Program-made: the position numbers and the translations under genes
Origin: Lama guanicoe
Lineage: Eukaryota
Reading direction: 5' to 3'
DNA: 64,000 bases
Assembly: GCA_013239625.1 (NCBI GenBank)
Contig: MU053472.1
Location: forward strand, 3,135,822 to 3,199,821
Notes under the pieces: model-generated
What the model was told of the DNA's origin: nothing
Databases searched by the model: none
The model's input: the letters and a program-made list of their open reading frames with translations, nothing else
Shown here: positions 12,321-24,542 of the stretch, piece after piece
Numbering within the stretch: position 1 is the first letter of the stretch
How the letters are laid out: every line of letters starts with the position of its first letter

Positions 12321-14229
12321 ATTTCGGAGAATTTAAAGTAGAAAAGAGGTCTTAGGAGAATTGGAAGGCACCTAAACCCCTATTGGTGCTAATTTTCTAA
12401 GGCTTTTGCAGAGAAATGATGATCAGGGGAGTAGATGGTCAGTGACTTCAGGGGAGGCGCCCACCTTCTGGGTCACTGGGGTGGTGCTTTTCAAGGAAGA
12501 GAAGGTTAAAAAATAAGCCCAGGGCAGTCAGGAAATCTAGGGAGGCACCAGGTGGGTGGAGTGGGGCAGTCTCCCAGCAGGAAAACAGGTCAGTTTGAGA
12601 AAGAATGCTGCCAGGGATCAGGAGCAGAGAGCAGCCCAGCCTTTTCAGTTAGCCACTGTGGTTCTGCAGTTCCTCAGAAAGCAATAGGAAACCCCATGGT
12701 TTATTGAGCGGTCAGACTATGAAATGCTTCTGGAGGTGCTGCTGACTTCACCCCCCCACACACACACACATTTAAAGGGAAAATGGTGCTGAAGTCATTC
12801 CCTAGATGGCTCCAACTTCACAGCAACTCTACCCAACTGTCTTTAAAATATATTTGATTCAGTTAATATACACTGCATTCAAATCGTATTCAGTTAATAG
12901 ACTTTATGTGGTTGGATGTGAATCCTATCCTAATGTTAGTAAAAACAATGAAAGATACCTCCAATACATCAGTATCATGACTATGTATCAGTCTCGAATG
13001 CTGTTTCAGTGTAAGCAGGACCACCATGTCACTTTTTGCAGTTGACAAACTTGGAAAGGCTAAAACAGGAAAACAAAACAAAAACAAACAAAAGAGAATC
13101 TTGAATAAGAAAGGTTTAATACTTAATCTAAGAAGAGGTGATGGATTCTTTAGATAATCAAGAGCTTGATTTCTGCCCTGATCTGTCTCTTGGGCAAATT
13201 TCTTTGCCTTGGTTTCCAGTGTAAAACAAAGAAGATTGAAATAGGACGATCTCTAAAGTCCCTTCCAGCTCTAAAATCTAAGCAGGGCCAGAGAGTCAAA
13301 CTTGTTACAACATTGCAGCAATATTCTCCTAGTGAATATTTGTGTTGCCAGATCTCCACTCCCCAACAATAGATGTTGCATTAGCTTAACACCCTAGGAT
13401 ATTGGTATGTTATGTAACAAGATAGGTGGCTACTGTTTCTGTTTCAATAAAAGATAATGTTAGCTAAGGAGGACGAGTCTGGTGCAGTGGTTCAGAGGGA
13501 GATCTGAGGACCCCTGCAGGCGTGCTGTGTGTATGCAGGGAACTGGAAGAGGCAACGGGACTGCAAGATGAGGAGACAATAGAACCAGCCAGACAGCCAA
13601 CAAAAAATATTTAATAAGCGGGATCATGTCTTCTCCCAGTCAAAAGAGCCAAGCATTGTGAGTTGTTAGGTGAGAAGGTAGAAGTGAAACAAAATAGTAA
13701 GAGCAACTTCTCTTTCTCTCTGAGAGCAAGCACCTCTAATCGCCCTTCGGTATTCGTTTACTCAGTGCCTATTCTGTGCAGAATTTCCTGCTTGGCTTGG
13801 AAGATAATATTCTAAAGACTTTACTGAGAGGAGAGACGCTGAGGCCAATGGAGAGTGTGTGAGAATGGAAAGATATATATACTGTAGGGCAAAAAAGAGA
13901 TGGAGAAATATAGGGAGAGATGTAAATAACTTCATTCAGATTTAACCAGAAGCCTTTAAAAAAAAAAAAATCCTACTAGTAAGAGTTTGAGAGGTTCCTA
14001 GCCTCACAGACAGGTTATCAGCTAGACTTTGTTACTGGCCCAGGACCCTTGCCTCCACTGTGTGAGGCCAAATTCATTCATTCTCAAAGCCATTCTTTTC
14101 CAGCTTCCTTTCCAATCCCAGTTCCTACTGTTGCCACATTGACATCACTATGACTGAGAAAAGGTCACTTTTATGTGCTCATGTTACTCAACCTCTGGCA
14201 GTATTTGACATGATTACACCTTCCTTTCC

Positions 14230-14910
14230 CTCACCCCCACACCAATACATCAGCAGGTCCTGTCAGCTCTACTTCAAAAAAATGTATTTGCTCTGAACAC
14301 ATATCTCTGCTGCTACCACCCTGGTCAGAGCCAACAACTCTCTCACCTAAAGCAAGCAACAGCCTCCCAACTGATCTCCCTGTTTCCGATCCATTCTCTA
14401 CACAGCAGCCAGATGGTACTTCTTCAAAACAAACCCCTTTATGATGGCCACAAGGCTCTACTAACCAGTCTGGCCAACCTCTCTGTTCTGTCCTGGTGGC
14501 TCCTTGGCTCACACTGCTCTGCACAAGCTGGCCACCTATCTGTTCTTCGAATACACTGGGCCTCGTCTTGTTATAGTGTCTGTACTTACTGTTCCCTCCA
14601 CCTGGAACGGTTTGCCTCCAGAAGGCTGCCTCCTTGCCAGGGGGTTCTCAGATCAAACGCTTCCTCTGTAGAGTCACACCCCCTCCCCATTACTTAATCC
14701 TACATGCCAGTCATAGTGCTCTGTATCCTACCTACTCTCAAATTATCACTCTCTGCAATTACCTCGGCCACTTTTTTTTTTTTTTCCCGGCGCATCCAGC
14801 TCTAAAATGTAAATTCCATGAAAGCACCAGGGACTTTGTCTGTCTTGCTTCCTGTTGAAGCCCTAATGCCAAGAACAGTGTCTGGCACTCAACCAATATT
14901 TGTTGAATAA
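14230..14910 (+). mobile_element. L2 LINE 3' fragment
   Basis: cagcctcccaactgatctccctg...ccattctctacacagcagccaga...atatttgttgaataa. Confidence 0.75.
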
Positions 14911-16410
14911 ATAACTATACAAATAAATGGCTATGCCTGTCCCCTCACACCCTGGTCCCTGAAGTTTCTTCTACGTTCCTTTATTCTGCCCCTTCTCCTC
15001 CTCTCTTCTCTCCTCTCCTCACTCCATCTCAAAGCCTTTTGCTTGATAACTCAGTCCAGAGATGAGATCAAATGTCACTTCTTTGGAAGAGTTTCCCCTA
15101 ACCTCTCTAGAAAAAGCCATCTTCCCTTCTTAGTATCATCCATAGCACTGTATTCATAGCTCTGTCACATCACTCAACACTCTGCACTTCCTGCTTTGAG
15201 TTCTCAGTTATCCAACCTCACTGTCGTTCGCTCCTGGGCTGGGAGCTTATCAGGTCAGATCGTCTTTGTATTTTCAGCACCTGGCACATGGCAGGCCCTC
15301 CCTCCAGGTTTATATCTGAGTTGGATCTAGTCAGGATCCAAGCAGGAATGGATAGGGTCTGTCTTCAGAGTCTGCTGATCAACAGAGAGCAGTCTTACTT
15401 CACAATATGACAATATTAACCTGAAACTTCAAGATATTCAATAATGAAAGGGGCTGCCTAGGTTTTAAAATCACACCACAGTCACTCATACTACCGTACC
15501 ACCCGGGAAAACATTCCCCTCTGCCTGTGTGGGGAGGGGGAGTTGCCCCTCCCAGGCTTCACTGGACCCCCCTCCTCCCATCTTCCCCCTCAGGGAAAGT
15601 CCCATGACATTACATCACAGGGGAGGGCCTGGTACCATCTTCCTGCAGACACGTCATGGCAACAGTGCTTTGTTTCTTTATGTACAATAAATGCTTTCTC
15701 TGATCCTTGTCCAAGTCCCTCACTTTCAGTCATGAAAGTGGCTGATTATATACTTTTCAGACTGTAAGTGGGTAAGGGTTGTCAGCCCTCCTCAACACAC
15801 TCCGAACAAAAGAGCTGCTCTCATTTATTGAGCACATGTTATGGACAGGAGCAGTTTCTATTCTATCTTGTTATCTTTAATCCTCAAGATAGGGGTTTTC
15901 TGCCATTTTTTTTTTTCTTAAAGAAGCTGATCCCATGGAATTTGAACCCTGATCTATCTGGCTTCAAAGCCCATTCATTCTCTTTCTTCTACACCATCAA
16001 AGAGTACAAATCCTTTTCCCCTGCTCTCTTCAAATATCTCTATCACCTTTTCAAGGAAACTCATCTGAACCTCAGACCACTGCATCAAGCAAAACCTTAG
16101 GCCAAGCTAAAGGGCCCAGAAACAAGAGTTGTCAGGGCTTAGCACTTCCATCTCTAAAACAGCAACGATAACAATATTCATATCGTGCTTCCTGTGTTCT
16201 GGGAGCTGGTATAGACACCTGACACACATTGCTCAATTTAATCCAATCTTCACAACAGCCTTATGAGGAAGACCCCGGAGGTCTACATACCTTAACCACA
16301 GTTCCAAAATCCAAAAAGCTCCAAAAATCAAAAGTAAGTTTGACACTGTTGTTACTCCTATGGCATAATAACAGGACAGTAATATTCAATAACTAAAATC
16401 TGTAGGGTGA

Positions 16411-16553
16411 GGGGGGTAGGTGGTAGCACAAGCGGTAGAGCGCATGCTTAGCATGCACAAGGTCCTGGGTTCAATCCCCAGTACCTCCTCTAAAAATAAA
16501 TAATAAAACCTAATTACCTCTCCCCTGACAAAAAATAATAAAAATAATAACAA
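16411..16553 (+). mobile_element. Vic-1-like tRNA-Ala SINE with perfect 17-bp TSD
   Basis: tRNA-like head, CCTAATTACCTC tail and A-rich end; TAAAATCTGTAGGGTGA at 16394-16410 and 16554-16570. Confidence 0.93.
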
Positions 16554-17229
16554 TAAAATCTGTAGGGTGAAAAATATTTGGCAGGATACAAGCAATTATA
16601 TTTTCCTTCTTTACTTTCACAAGCTACTAACAGTACTCTCATTGAGTATCTTTTGATTTCCAGCCCTTCCCATGTGGGCTAGTCTCAATATTTGTCTAAT
16701 CAACAGGTTATATCTCACAATCAGTTATAATGGCATTGAGGATGTCTCTCCTCTGCACAATTTTTAAACTGATGTAACAAACCATAGAAAAATTTCCTAT
16801 GCTCCACTTAAAAAAATAAATTGACACAGCCTATTTGATGGCAAACTTCAACCATGTGGTCATGCATATGCTTTATTAATCCCACCTAGTGTATTCATGT
16901 TTCTTATATGAATATTAGTGTTTGAAACAGCTCATACTCCCTAGGGTTTTATGTAATATACAGTGTATGCACTGAAAGATCCTATAATCTAAAACACATC
17001 TATATCAGGGTTTCAAATATGGGCTTGAGGACTACATTATTATTCCTGTTTTCTAGTGGAGTAAACTTAGGCTCAGAGAGGTTAAGTAACTGGCCCCAGG
17101 TCACACAGACAGTAAATAATAGAGCTACACTTAGAAATGTGTCTGAAACTGTGAAAAAAAAATTGGAACACATATGACAGACTAAGATCTAATTTTTCTG
17201 AAGGCAAAGAATATGAGATGGCAATTCCT

Positions 17230-18355
17230 GGTAGAGGAAAAAGAAATAACTTGTAAAGATATTAAAAAATCAAAACATTCTTATAACAAGAAAACTAGCA
17301 AATTAAAATTACAATGAGGTACTATTTTTATCTTCTCAGATTGGCAAGTAGTAGAAGGTTCAATAACATTGTATTGGAGAAAATGTGACCAAACAGCCAC
17401 TCATACGTTGTTTGCAGTAAGGTAATTAGTACAATTTCGATGAAGGACAATTTGATAAACTCTCTCAAAATTGGAAATTGATATACTCAGAAATGTTACT
17501 TCTAGGAATTTATCCTTAAGACAGATTCACGCAGGTGTGCAAAGATGGATATTAAAGGATACTGTAACACTGTCAGTATCAGCAAAAACTCTGACTCTCT
17601 GGGGGATGTAATTTTGCAGTTGTTTGAAGCCCAGAGATTTTAAAACTCTCTAAAACTGAGCATGGGGAATGGTTTGGGTTGTTTTTGGTTTTGTCCAATA
17701 GAATAAAACCTCAAATGTTATTATTTTCACCCTGTAGGACATTAACCAGTTTTATATCAAAATTAGCAATGTTATTTCAGAATTTTTTTATCCACTGACT
17801 ACAATTTTCAACTTTCTTGTTCTCTTTTGACCCAAATTTGTCATCCTAATGGTTTCTTCATTAATGAGTTAAATAAAACATTAATATATGGGTTTCTATG
17901 CATTTATGTTAGAAATATGCTTTTCATCTTTTTTTTTTTTTTTGTCGTGGCCCCTTTATTTTTATGCATATGGCTTCAACATGCCTTTTTTGTCTTGACG
18001 TATCTCGCCGTGAATTTATCTATTTAAATTCATCTCCTCAAAAAACTAGCCTTTGGTTTTGTTGACCTCTGCTCTTGTTTCCTGGATTTATATCGCAATT
18101 GATTTAGTCTTATTTTCATTACTGCCAAACATTTATGTTCGTGACTGCAAAACATACTTCCTTCAAACTGGCTCTTTTTTTAACTTTTTAAGTTAGAATG
18201 CTTAGATCACTAATTTTCATTCTGTTGGGGAGAAATATGCTTTTCATCTTTTGAGACTAATGCTTTAAAATAAACTAAGTCCATTAATAAAGGATTGGTT
18301 GAATAAATTACAATGCCCCTTACACAAAGGAACACTATGCAGCCATTAAAAGAGG
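17230..18355 (+). mobile_element. Ancient L1 (L1ME-like) fragment, split by inserted sequence at ~17591-18265
   Basis: gcaaattaaaattacaatgagg...cttctaggaatttatcct...agcaaaaact // aaactaagtccattaataaaggattggttgaataaatta...atgcagccattaaaa. Confidence 0.6.
17931..18230 (-). mobile_element. Retroposed poly(A)+ insert (orphan transduction or retrocopy) with perfect TSD
   Basis: AGAAATATGCTTTTCATCTTTT at 17911-17932 and 18231-18252, poly-T, and AATAAA on minus at 17955-17960. Confidence 0.85.
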
Positions 18356-18444
18356 CAGGTTTCTCTTTGCTCCATGGAGGCAAAGATCTTTGTTACCCTA
18401 ATGAACGTAAGCACCTAGACTAATGCCTGGGCACAAAGTAGACT

Positions 18445-18820
18445 TAGTTTGCTTCTGGCTGTAATAATAATAAAAAAAAATCCCGAATTATCAGTGACTT
18501 ACACACACACACAATTTATTTTTTTCTCATGAATATGTAGGGCAGCTATCATGGCACTACTCCAGGCTGAGGGTCACAGGTTGGGTTTAGGTTGGCTCCT
18601 AGTGTCTTCTCATTTAGAGCCCATGGATGTGTAAGAAGTACACGGTAACATACGATGCCTCTTAAAGCCTCTACTTTGATACACTGTCACTTCTACTCAG
18701 AATCCACTGGTCAAGGAAAACTGACCAAAACCAAAGTCAAGAGGGAAGAGAAATATACTTCACTTTCTTTACTGAAAGAGTCTCAAAAGTCACAAGGCAG
18801 AGAGCAGGATGTATAACCCT
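18445..18820 (-). mobile_element. Old MLT1-type LTR fragment
   Basis: ttagtttgcttctggctgtaataata...cactgtcacttctactcagaatccactggtcaag. Confidence 0.5.
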
Positions 18821-20388
18821 ATCTATGAGGCATAGGGAGCAATTTTCCAGTCTATCACAGTACTCAATAAATACATGTGGAATGAATGAACTGAGTGAGC
18901 AAACTCCAAGAATTAAGTGGGGAGGAAAGGCATGGTGCAGAACAACAGTACGATGTATGCCACCATTTGTTTTTAAAAATCTATTTATATGTAGTATGTA
19001 CAGAAGTACACAGCCTTTACTAATTCTAGGAGAATGCACAAGAAGCTGGTAACTGAGGTTGCTGCTGAGGGGAAGAACTGAGAGCACAGGAGTTAGGAAT
19101 AGGAGGGAGCCTTCCCATTTAGTATCAAGTGTATGTACTATTTTAAAAAAGAGTTAAATTCTCTATGGAGGAAACAAAAAGAACAACCTAACACTGTCTG
19201 ACTACAGAGTCCAAATTCTAAAACTCTATGCTATGATATCCTGGGGAGAAGTCATGGATCAGAATACTTCCTTTTGTTCTGAATTCATCGCAAACTGTGC
19301 ACAACATCTCCTTTGTCTCTAGTTCCTGTAGACTCACCTATAACACAATACCGATTATAGCAAAACTCCATCTCAGACAAATTTTAAGGGTCCCAGAGCC
19401 ATCATGTTCAAACCCAGTGGAAAGCTTCCCAGGAATGGAAGTCTCTAAAGAGAGAGGGCTGAAACTAGTTCATCTTGATCCCTTCAACCAAATTAGCTCT
19501 GCTTTTAGCTCTTTTGCTTCTGAGGTTAAGTAAAATCATTCTCCTAGTAGTAAAATGTGACGATGTCTCTGGCTCCCTCATACTCATCTTGTGGTTTTGT
19601 GTAGAACTGTGTGGTCCTCAGTCACCCTCAAGACTTCGGATAAAGTTCCCCTCAGGAGATTACAATTAGGAGAATTGAAATGTGATGGAAGACACTGGAC
19701 ATCTACACCAAAGACTCCCCTAGTCGGCAAATGGGTAGACAAAGATTCAGGACTGCCCATATACAGTTAGAGATTAGGGTGTAATTTCTAAGTAAGAACT
19801 ATTGTATTTTGCTATTGTATCCAAAGCTATAAAATATTCTAGTCTCTGAATGAATCCATTGTATTGTATACTGTCTAAAGAATAGCCTATTCATTACTGA
19901 GGTATCCCAGCAAAGAATGGGGATTCCATGACTGGAGGGCTGACAGTGGCACCTCACTCCCTGGCTTCCTCTCAGCAGAGCCTGGGGCACCTTACAGTTT
20001 ACTGTGCCCTGTTCAATGGGTTTACAGATTGTGTTATACGACAGCATTCAGTTTTCACTAAGTTAACCCTCATGAAATGGACAAGGGCTTACCAAGATTC
20101 GTGCAAAAAACCACAAATTAAAGTTAATGCTAATAATTAAAGCACAAGCAAACAAGAAAATGGTAGGGTTGACATTTCTCTTACCTTTAATATAAGCTGT
20201 CAGCCACATTACTCAGTAAAAGCAATAATCGTCTTATGAGATCTGACAAGTAGATGATACCAAAACAATTCAAAATTATCCAGATGTGATTTGAAAAAAA
20301 AATGGATCTACAATTTTTTTTCCCCTGTTAGGAATGCACAACCAGAAAAGTTTGGAGACCCTTGGTTTGAAAAAAATGACCCCAAGTT

Positions 20389-20520
20389 GGGGAGGATATA
20401 GCTCAGCAGTAGAGTGCATGCTTAGCGTGCATAAGGTCCCAGGTTCAATCCCCAGTACCTCCACTAAAATAAATAAATAATCCTAATTTCCTCCTCTGCC
20501 CAAAGGAAAAAGAGAAAAAA
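20389..20520 (+). mobile_element. Vic-1-like SINE
   Basis: ggggaggatatagctcagcagtagag...ggttcaatccccagtacctcc plus tail; imperfect TSD gaaaaaaatgaccc / gaaaaaaattaccc. Confidence 0.92.
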
Positions 20521-20667
20521 ATTACCCTAGAAGAGCCAGAATATCAGTGACTCTCCACCCTGAATCAGGCAGAAGGTCCCCAGCCAGAGTCTGGGATATT
20601 TCATTCTGCTTAGCTAGTCACTCCTACAGAGGCTGAGTGAATCCAGCTACTGTAGCTTGATGATACC

Positions 20668-20767
20668 TTTTTTTTTTTTTTTTTAATGGGCAGGTATTGG
20701 GAATTGAACCCAGGACCTCCTGGTTGCAAAGCATATATGATCTACCACTGAGCTATACCCTCCTCTC
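20668..20767 (-). mobile_element. Vic-1-like SINE (diverged)
   Basis: Poly-T followed by the reverse complement of the SINE head (gaattgaacccaggacc...ccactgagctataccc). Confidence 0.88.
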
Positions 20768-21707
20768 GGAGGATGCCATCTTTTGAGATCGCCTAACTCA
20801 CTTCTTAGCTATATCCTTTATTTTCAAGTATAATTTATGGTTCCAATGTGGCTCCCCAGGTTGGCTTTCTTACAGGTAGTAGAGAATGTAGCATCTGGGG
20901 TTAATGCCTGGTCACTGTGTAACTCAGTATTGGACTCTTGCGAGCTTCGTTAATGTGGATCCACCCCCAAGAGATTGCTCACCTCTGAGTGTTATGACAA
21001 AATGAGTTCCTGGGTTTGTCAAGATGATGCCCAGACTCCGGAGGACAGGGACCTTCAGTTTGCCCAGTTGACTTCTCCATCTCAGTACTCTTTCCTGGCA
21101 GTGCTGTAACCTAAATCTTTTTTTTTTACCAAAGACCCTGAAAAGCAATACATCTAGGAACCTGGGCCTTGTTTCTAAGAGTAGGCAATTTCTAGCTCTG
21201 AATTGCATTCATTCGATAGCACATCTAATGTTATTCTTTCTCATCAGCTTTTTCTTCTGTGATCTCAGTTTTTGAGCAGTGTTAATTCAGTAACGTGTAT
21301 GCTGATTGTTGCTTTGATCTGCCAGGCACCAAGGCCCGGCCTCCCAACAAAGGCTCTTCAGACAACACGATAGCCAACATAAACTCACCCTCTGAGCTGA
21401 GTTTACAAAGGCTCGGAGCAGCCTCTCTGCTCTCCTGGCAGAAAATTGCAGAGCCAGCCTCTGCAGCCCTTTCCCTCCCATGACTGGACTCTTCCTTCTT
21501 TGAATAAAACTGACATGATCCATTTCCTTTAGTCAAATGACAGTATCATCAGCTGCCTCAGCAGCTTGGTTGACCAGACTTTTATTTCTGCCTCACTGCC
21601 TGCTGGCAATGTTCCAACTCCAGCAGTTTCTAGGAGTGAAGAGCAGCCTATGTGTGCGAGAGGTAGGGTGGACCCGGCAGAACTGGGCTGACTTTACATC
21701 AATTAGG

Positions 21708-21886
21708 ATGGCAGTTCTCAGCTTTGGCTGCATGTTAGAATCACCTGGAGAGCTTTTTGAATTCAGTATTGGATGCTCCACTCGTAGCAATTGCGGTTTA
21801 ATTGGTCTGGGACCGAACCCGAGCATGGATGCCTTTGAAAAGTTCCCCCAGGTGATTAAGTGCAGTCAGTGGTGAAGATCACAGAC
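21708..21886. mobile_element. MER5A-like hAT MITE
   Basis: cagttctcagctttggctgcatgttagaatcacctggagagcttt...ccccaggtgatt. Confidence 0.75.
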
Positions 21887-22289
21887 TTGGGATCCTATAC
21901 TCCAAGGGAGGATATGAAGCCGACACAAGTCTCTTCTGTCTTCTGGTCCAAAGCTCCCTTCTATCATCTTCACAAATTCCATTTTGCCGTTAGTTCACAG
22001 ACATATTTGCAAAAAGCTCCAAAAGTAAAAATGTGTTAATGATACAATGCCGCACTTCACAGGTTGCAAGACATTGTCTCATGTGATCTTTCATTTGACT
22101 CCTAAAATAACTCAGTGAGGTAAGCAGGACAGGTATTATTATCCACAATTTTCTGGTAAGGAAATTGATATCCTGGGCCAACTGAGGATGCAGACTTTCG
22201 TTTTTTTGTTCAGCACTTCTAAAATTATGTAATACCTACTCTACAGTGACATGGATAACCTCGGCTGTCACATATAGCCCCTATAATAT

Positions 22290-22470
22290 TGCACAGGCGT
22301 TAAAAGCAAAGATTGTAGAATCAGATGTAAAAGTTTGACTTTCGGTTTGTCACTTACTAGCTCTACCGTCTTAGGCAAATATACAATCTCTCTGACACTC
22401 AGTTTTTCTTATCTGGATATAGTTCTGGACTATAGTACCATCTTCAAAGGGGTATCAATGAGATATGAAA
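22290..22470 (+). mobile_element. MIR SINE
   Basis: gtcacttactagctctaccgtcttaggcaaat...ctcagtttttcttatctg. Confidence 0.6.
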
Positions 22471-22769
22471 GTTGATATTCTCATCGTATGATCAGGCCCC
22501 ATTTCCCTACTTGTTAGGGTAGAAATGATTTCTAAGAATTATTTGAAGCAGTTGGGCTCCTTTATCCTATTCTAAGTCGTCTTTGGTATCAGTCTTTACC
22601 TTTCTTACCTGATACTGCTGCAAAAAGTCTTGATTGGTTCCATACGGTGGCATTTCTCATTACAGTTATCAGATAAGTCCTTTTAAATCAGAATTCAAGC
22701 AAATTCATCATTTAAAAATCTTCTTCATTGATTTTACCAAGTGCTAAATCAGATGCTTTTAGAAAACTA

Positions 22770-23410
22770 AATTTTTAGAGCAGTTTTAGATTTATAGAAA
22801 AATAAAGCAGTCTTCCTATAATCTGCCCATGCACACTATTTCTCCTGTTATCAAAATTTTACGTTAGTTTTTGTTATATATTTGTTATAATTAATGAACC
22901 AATATCGATTCTTTATTATTAATTAAAGCTCCTAGTTATTCACATTTCCTTAATTTTTACCTAATATCCTTTTTCTATTCCAGAATCTCATCCAGGATAC
23001 CCCCTTATCTTCAGTTGTCATGTCTCCAGGCTCTTCCTGGCTGTTACAGTTTCTCAGATTTTCCTTATTTTTTAGGAATTTAGGATGTCCCTCTATTGGA
23101 ATTTGCCTGAGGTTTTTCTCATGATTAGACTGGGGTCATGGGGTTCAGGCAGGAGGATCACAGGGGTAAGGTGCCATTTTTATCACATCATGTCAGGAGT
23201 GCACACTATCATGATTTATCAGTGTTGATGTTGACCTCAATCACCTGGCTGACTTCGTGTTTGTCAGGTTTCTCCACTGCAATTACTCCCCACTCCCCCT
23301 CCCATACTGTACTCTTTGGCAGCACATCAGTACGTACAGCCCACTCTATGGGAAGTAAGCTCCCCTCCTTTAAAGTGGAATATCTATGTAATTTACCTGG
23401 AATTCTTTGG
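22770..23410 (-). mobile_element. Old L1 (L1MC/MD-like) 3' fragment
   Basis: tttttagagcagttttagatttatagaaaa...aattaatgaaccaatat...atccaggatacc. Confidence 0.7.
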
Positions 23411-23614
23411 CAAGCGAGATTGATTAGATGCTTTTGTTTGGAAATCTTTTGCTGTCATCACCCACCAAGTCATGAAAATTAACCTGTTTGGTGGTGGCCT
23501 ATTTTCCAGAATAGAACCATAATGAGGTCTAGGGAGACCTCTCGTGGTTAAATAAAGGCATAACCAACCAGCTACAGGTTCTCACTGAGCCACCGACATT
23601 CCCCCAGTTGTCGA

Positions 23615-23880
23615 ATGGTTCTCAACCAGGAGCGATTCCCTCTCCCTCGCCACCCCCCGCCCCACCAAGCTCCAGGTAACATTTGGCAATATCTAGAGAT
23701 GTCTTTAGTTGTCACACTTTGTGGGGGGAGGAAGGATGGGGGTGGGGGGGTTGTGATGCTACTGACGTCTAGTAAGAAGAGGCCAGGGATTCTGCTAACC
23801 ATCCTACAATGCACAGGACACATACTACACAGGGTTATCTGAGCTGACAGGTAAATAACGCTGAGGTTGAGAAGCCCTGT
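23615..23880. mobile_element. MER20-like hAT DNA transposon
   Basis: TIR-like ends tggttctcaacc / ggttgagaagccctg; catttggcaatatctagaga. Confidence 0.8.
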
Positions 23881-24464
23881 GGCCAACAGCTGTATACAGC
23901 TGTATAAAGGTGACAGCTATGCTCAAAGGAATATTGTTATCATGGAGAGGGAGGAAAACCATGTTTTGTGAGAAAAAAAAAAGACAAATTCTTCAATAAA
24001 ATGTGCAGTGCAACACAACTGATCACAGCAGAAATAGAGGAAATGGTGAAGTGATCCCCTGGATATGTGCAGTTTCTATCTGGGCCAATTTCTTGCACAT
24101 GGGCCTGAGTGGAGAGGGCTCATGCTGGGAAGCTGAGAAGAAGCGAATGGGAGCTAGGGAGCTGTTCTGAGCAGACAACGTGTAGGAAGAGAAAGAGATT
24201 GGATCGGGCCAGTGTTCTGAGAGGGGGATTTTGTGATAAAATTGTTCATTTGAGATAAGTTTTTTTAAACTAAGAACAATTTTACGGGAACAAATTGCAG
24301 CCAGTCCAATTGTACAACCACTATCCACAACTACTTTCAACTGTATTTCCTATACACATGTATTTTATGTTGCTGCAGCCAATGAGTATGGCCACTTCAT
24401 AGTCTGCTTTTTTCACTGCATATAGTATATGAAATGTTTTTTCATATTCCTGGAGTCTCCATTA

Positions 24465-24542
24465 TTTTTTTTAAATGGAAGTACTAGGGATTGAACCCAG
24501 GACCTTGTGTGTGCTAAGCATGCACTCTACCGCTGAGCTATA
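24465..24542 (-). mobile_element. Vic-1-like SINE
   Basis: Reverse-complement head gtactagggattgaacccaggaccttg...gctgagctata. Confidence 0.88.

Noticed and set aside
16411..16490. Apparent tRNA-Ala(AGC) genes at this and other SINE heads
   Set aside because: They have SINE tails, A-rich ends, TSDs and mismatched stems, so they are retroposon copies rather than tRNA genes.
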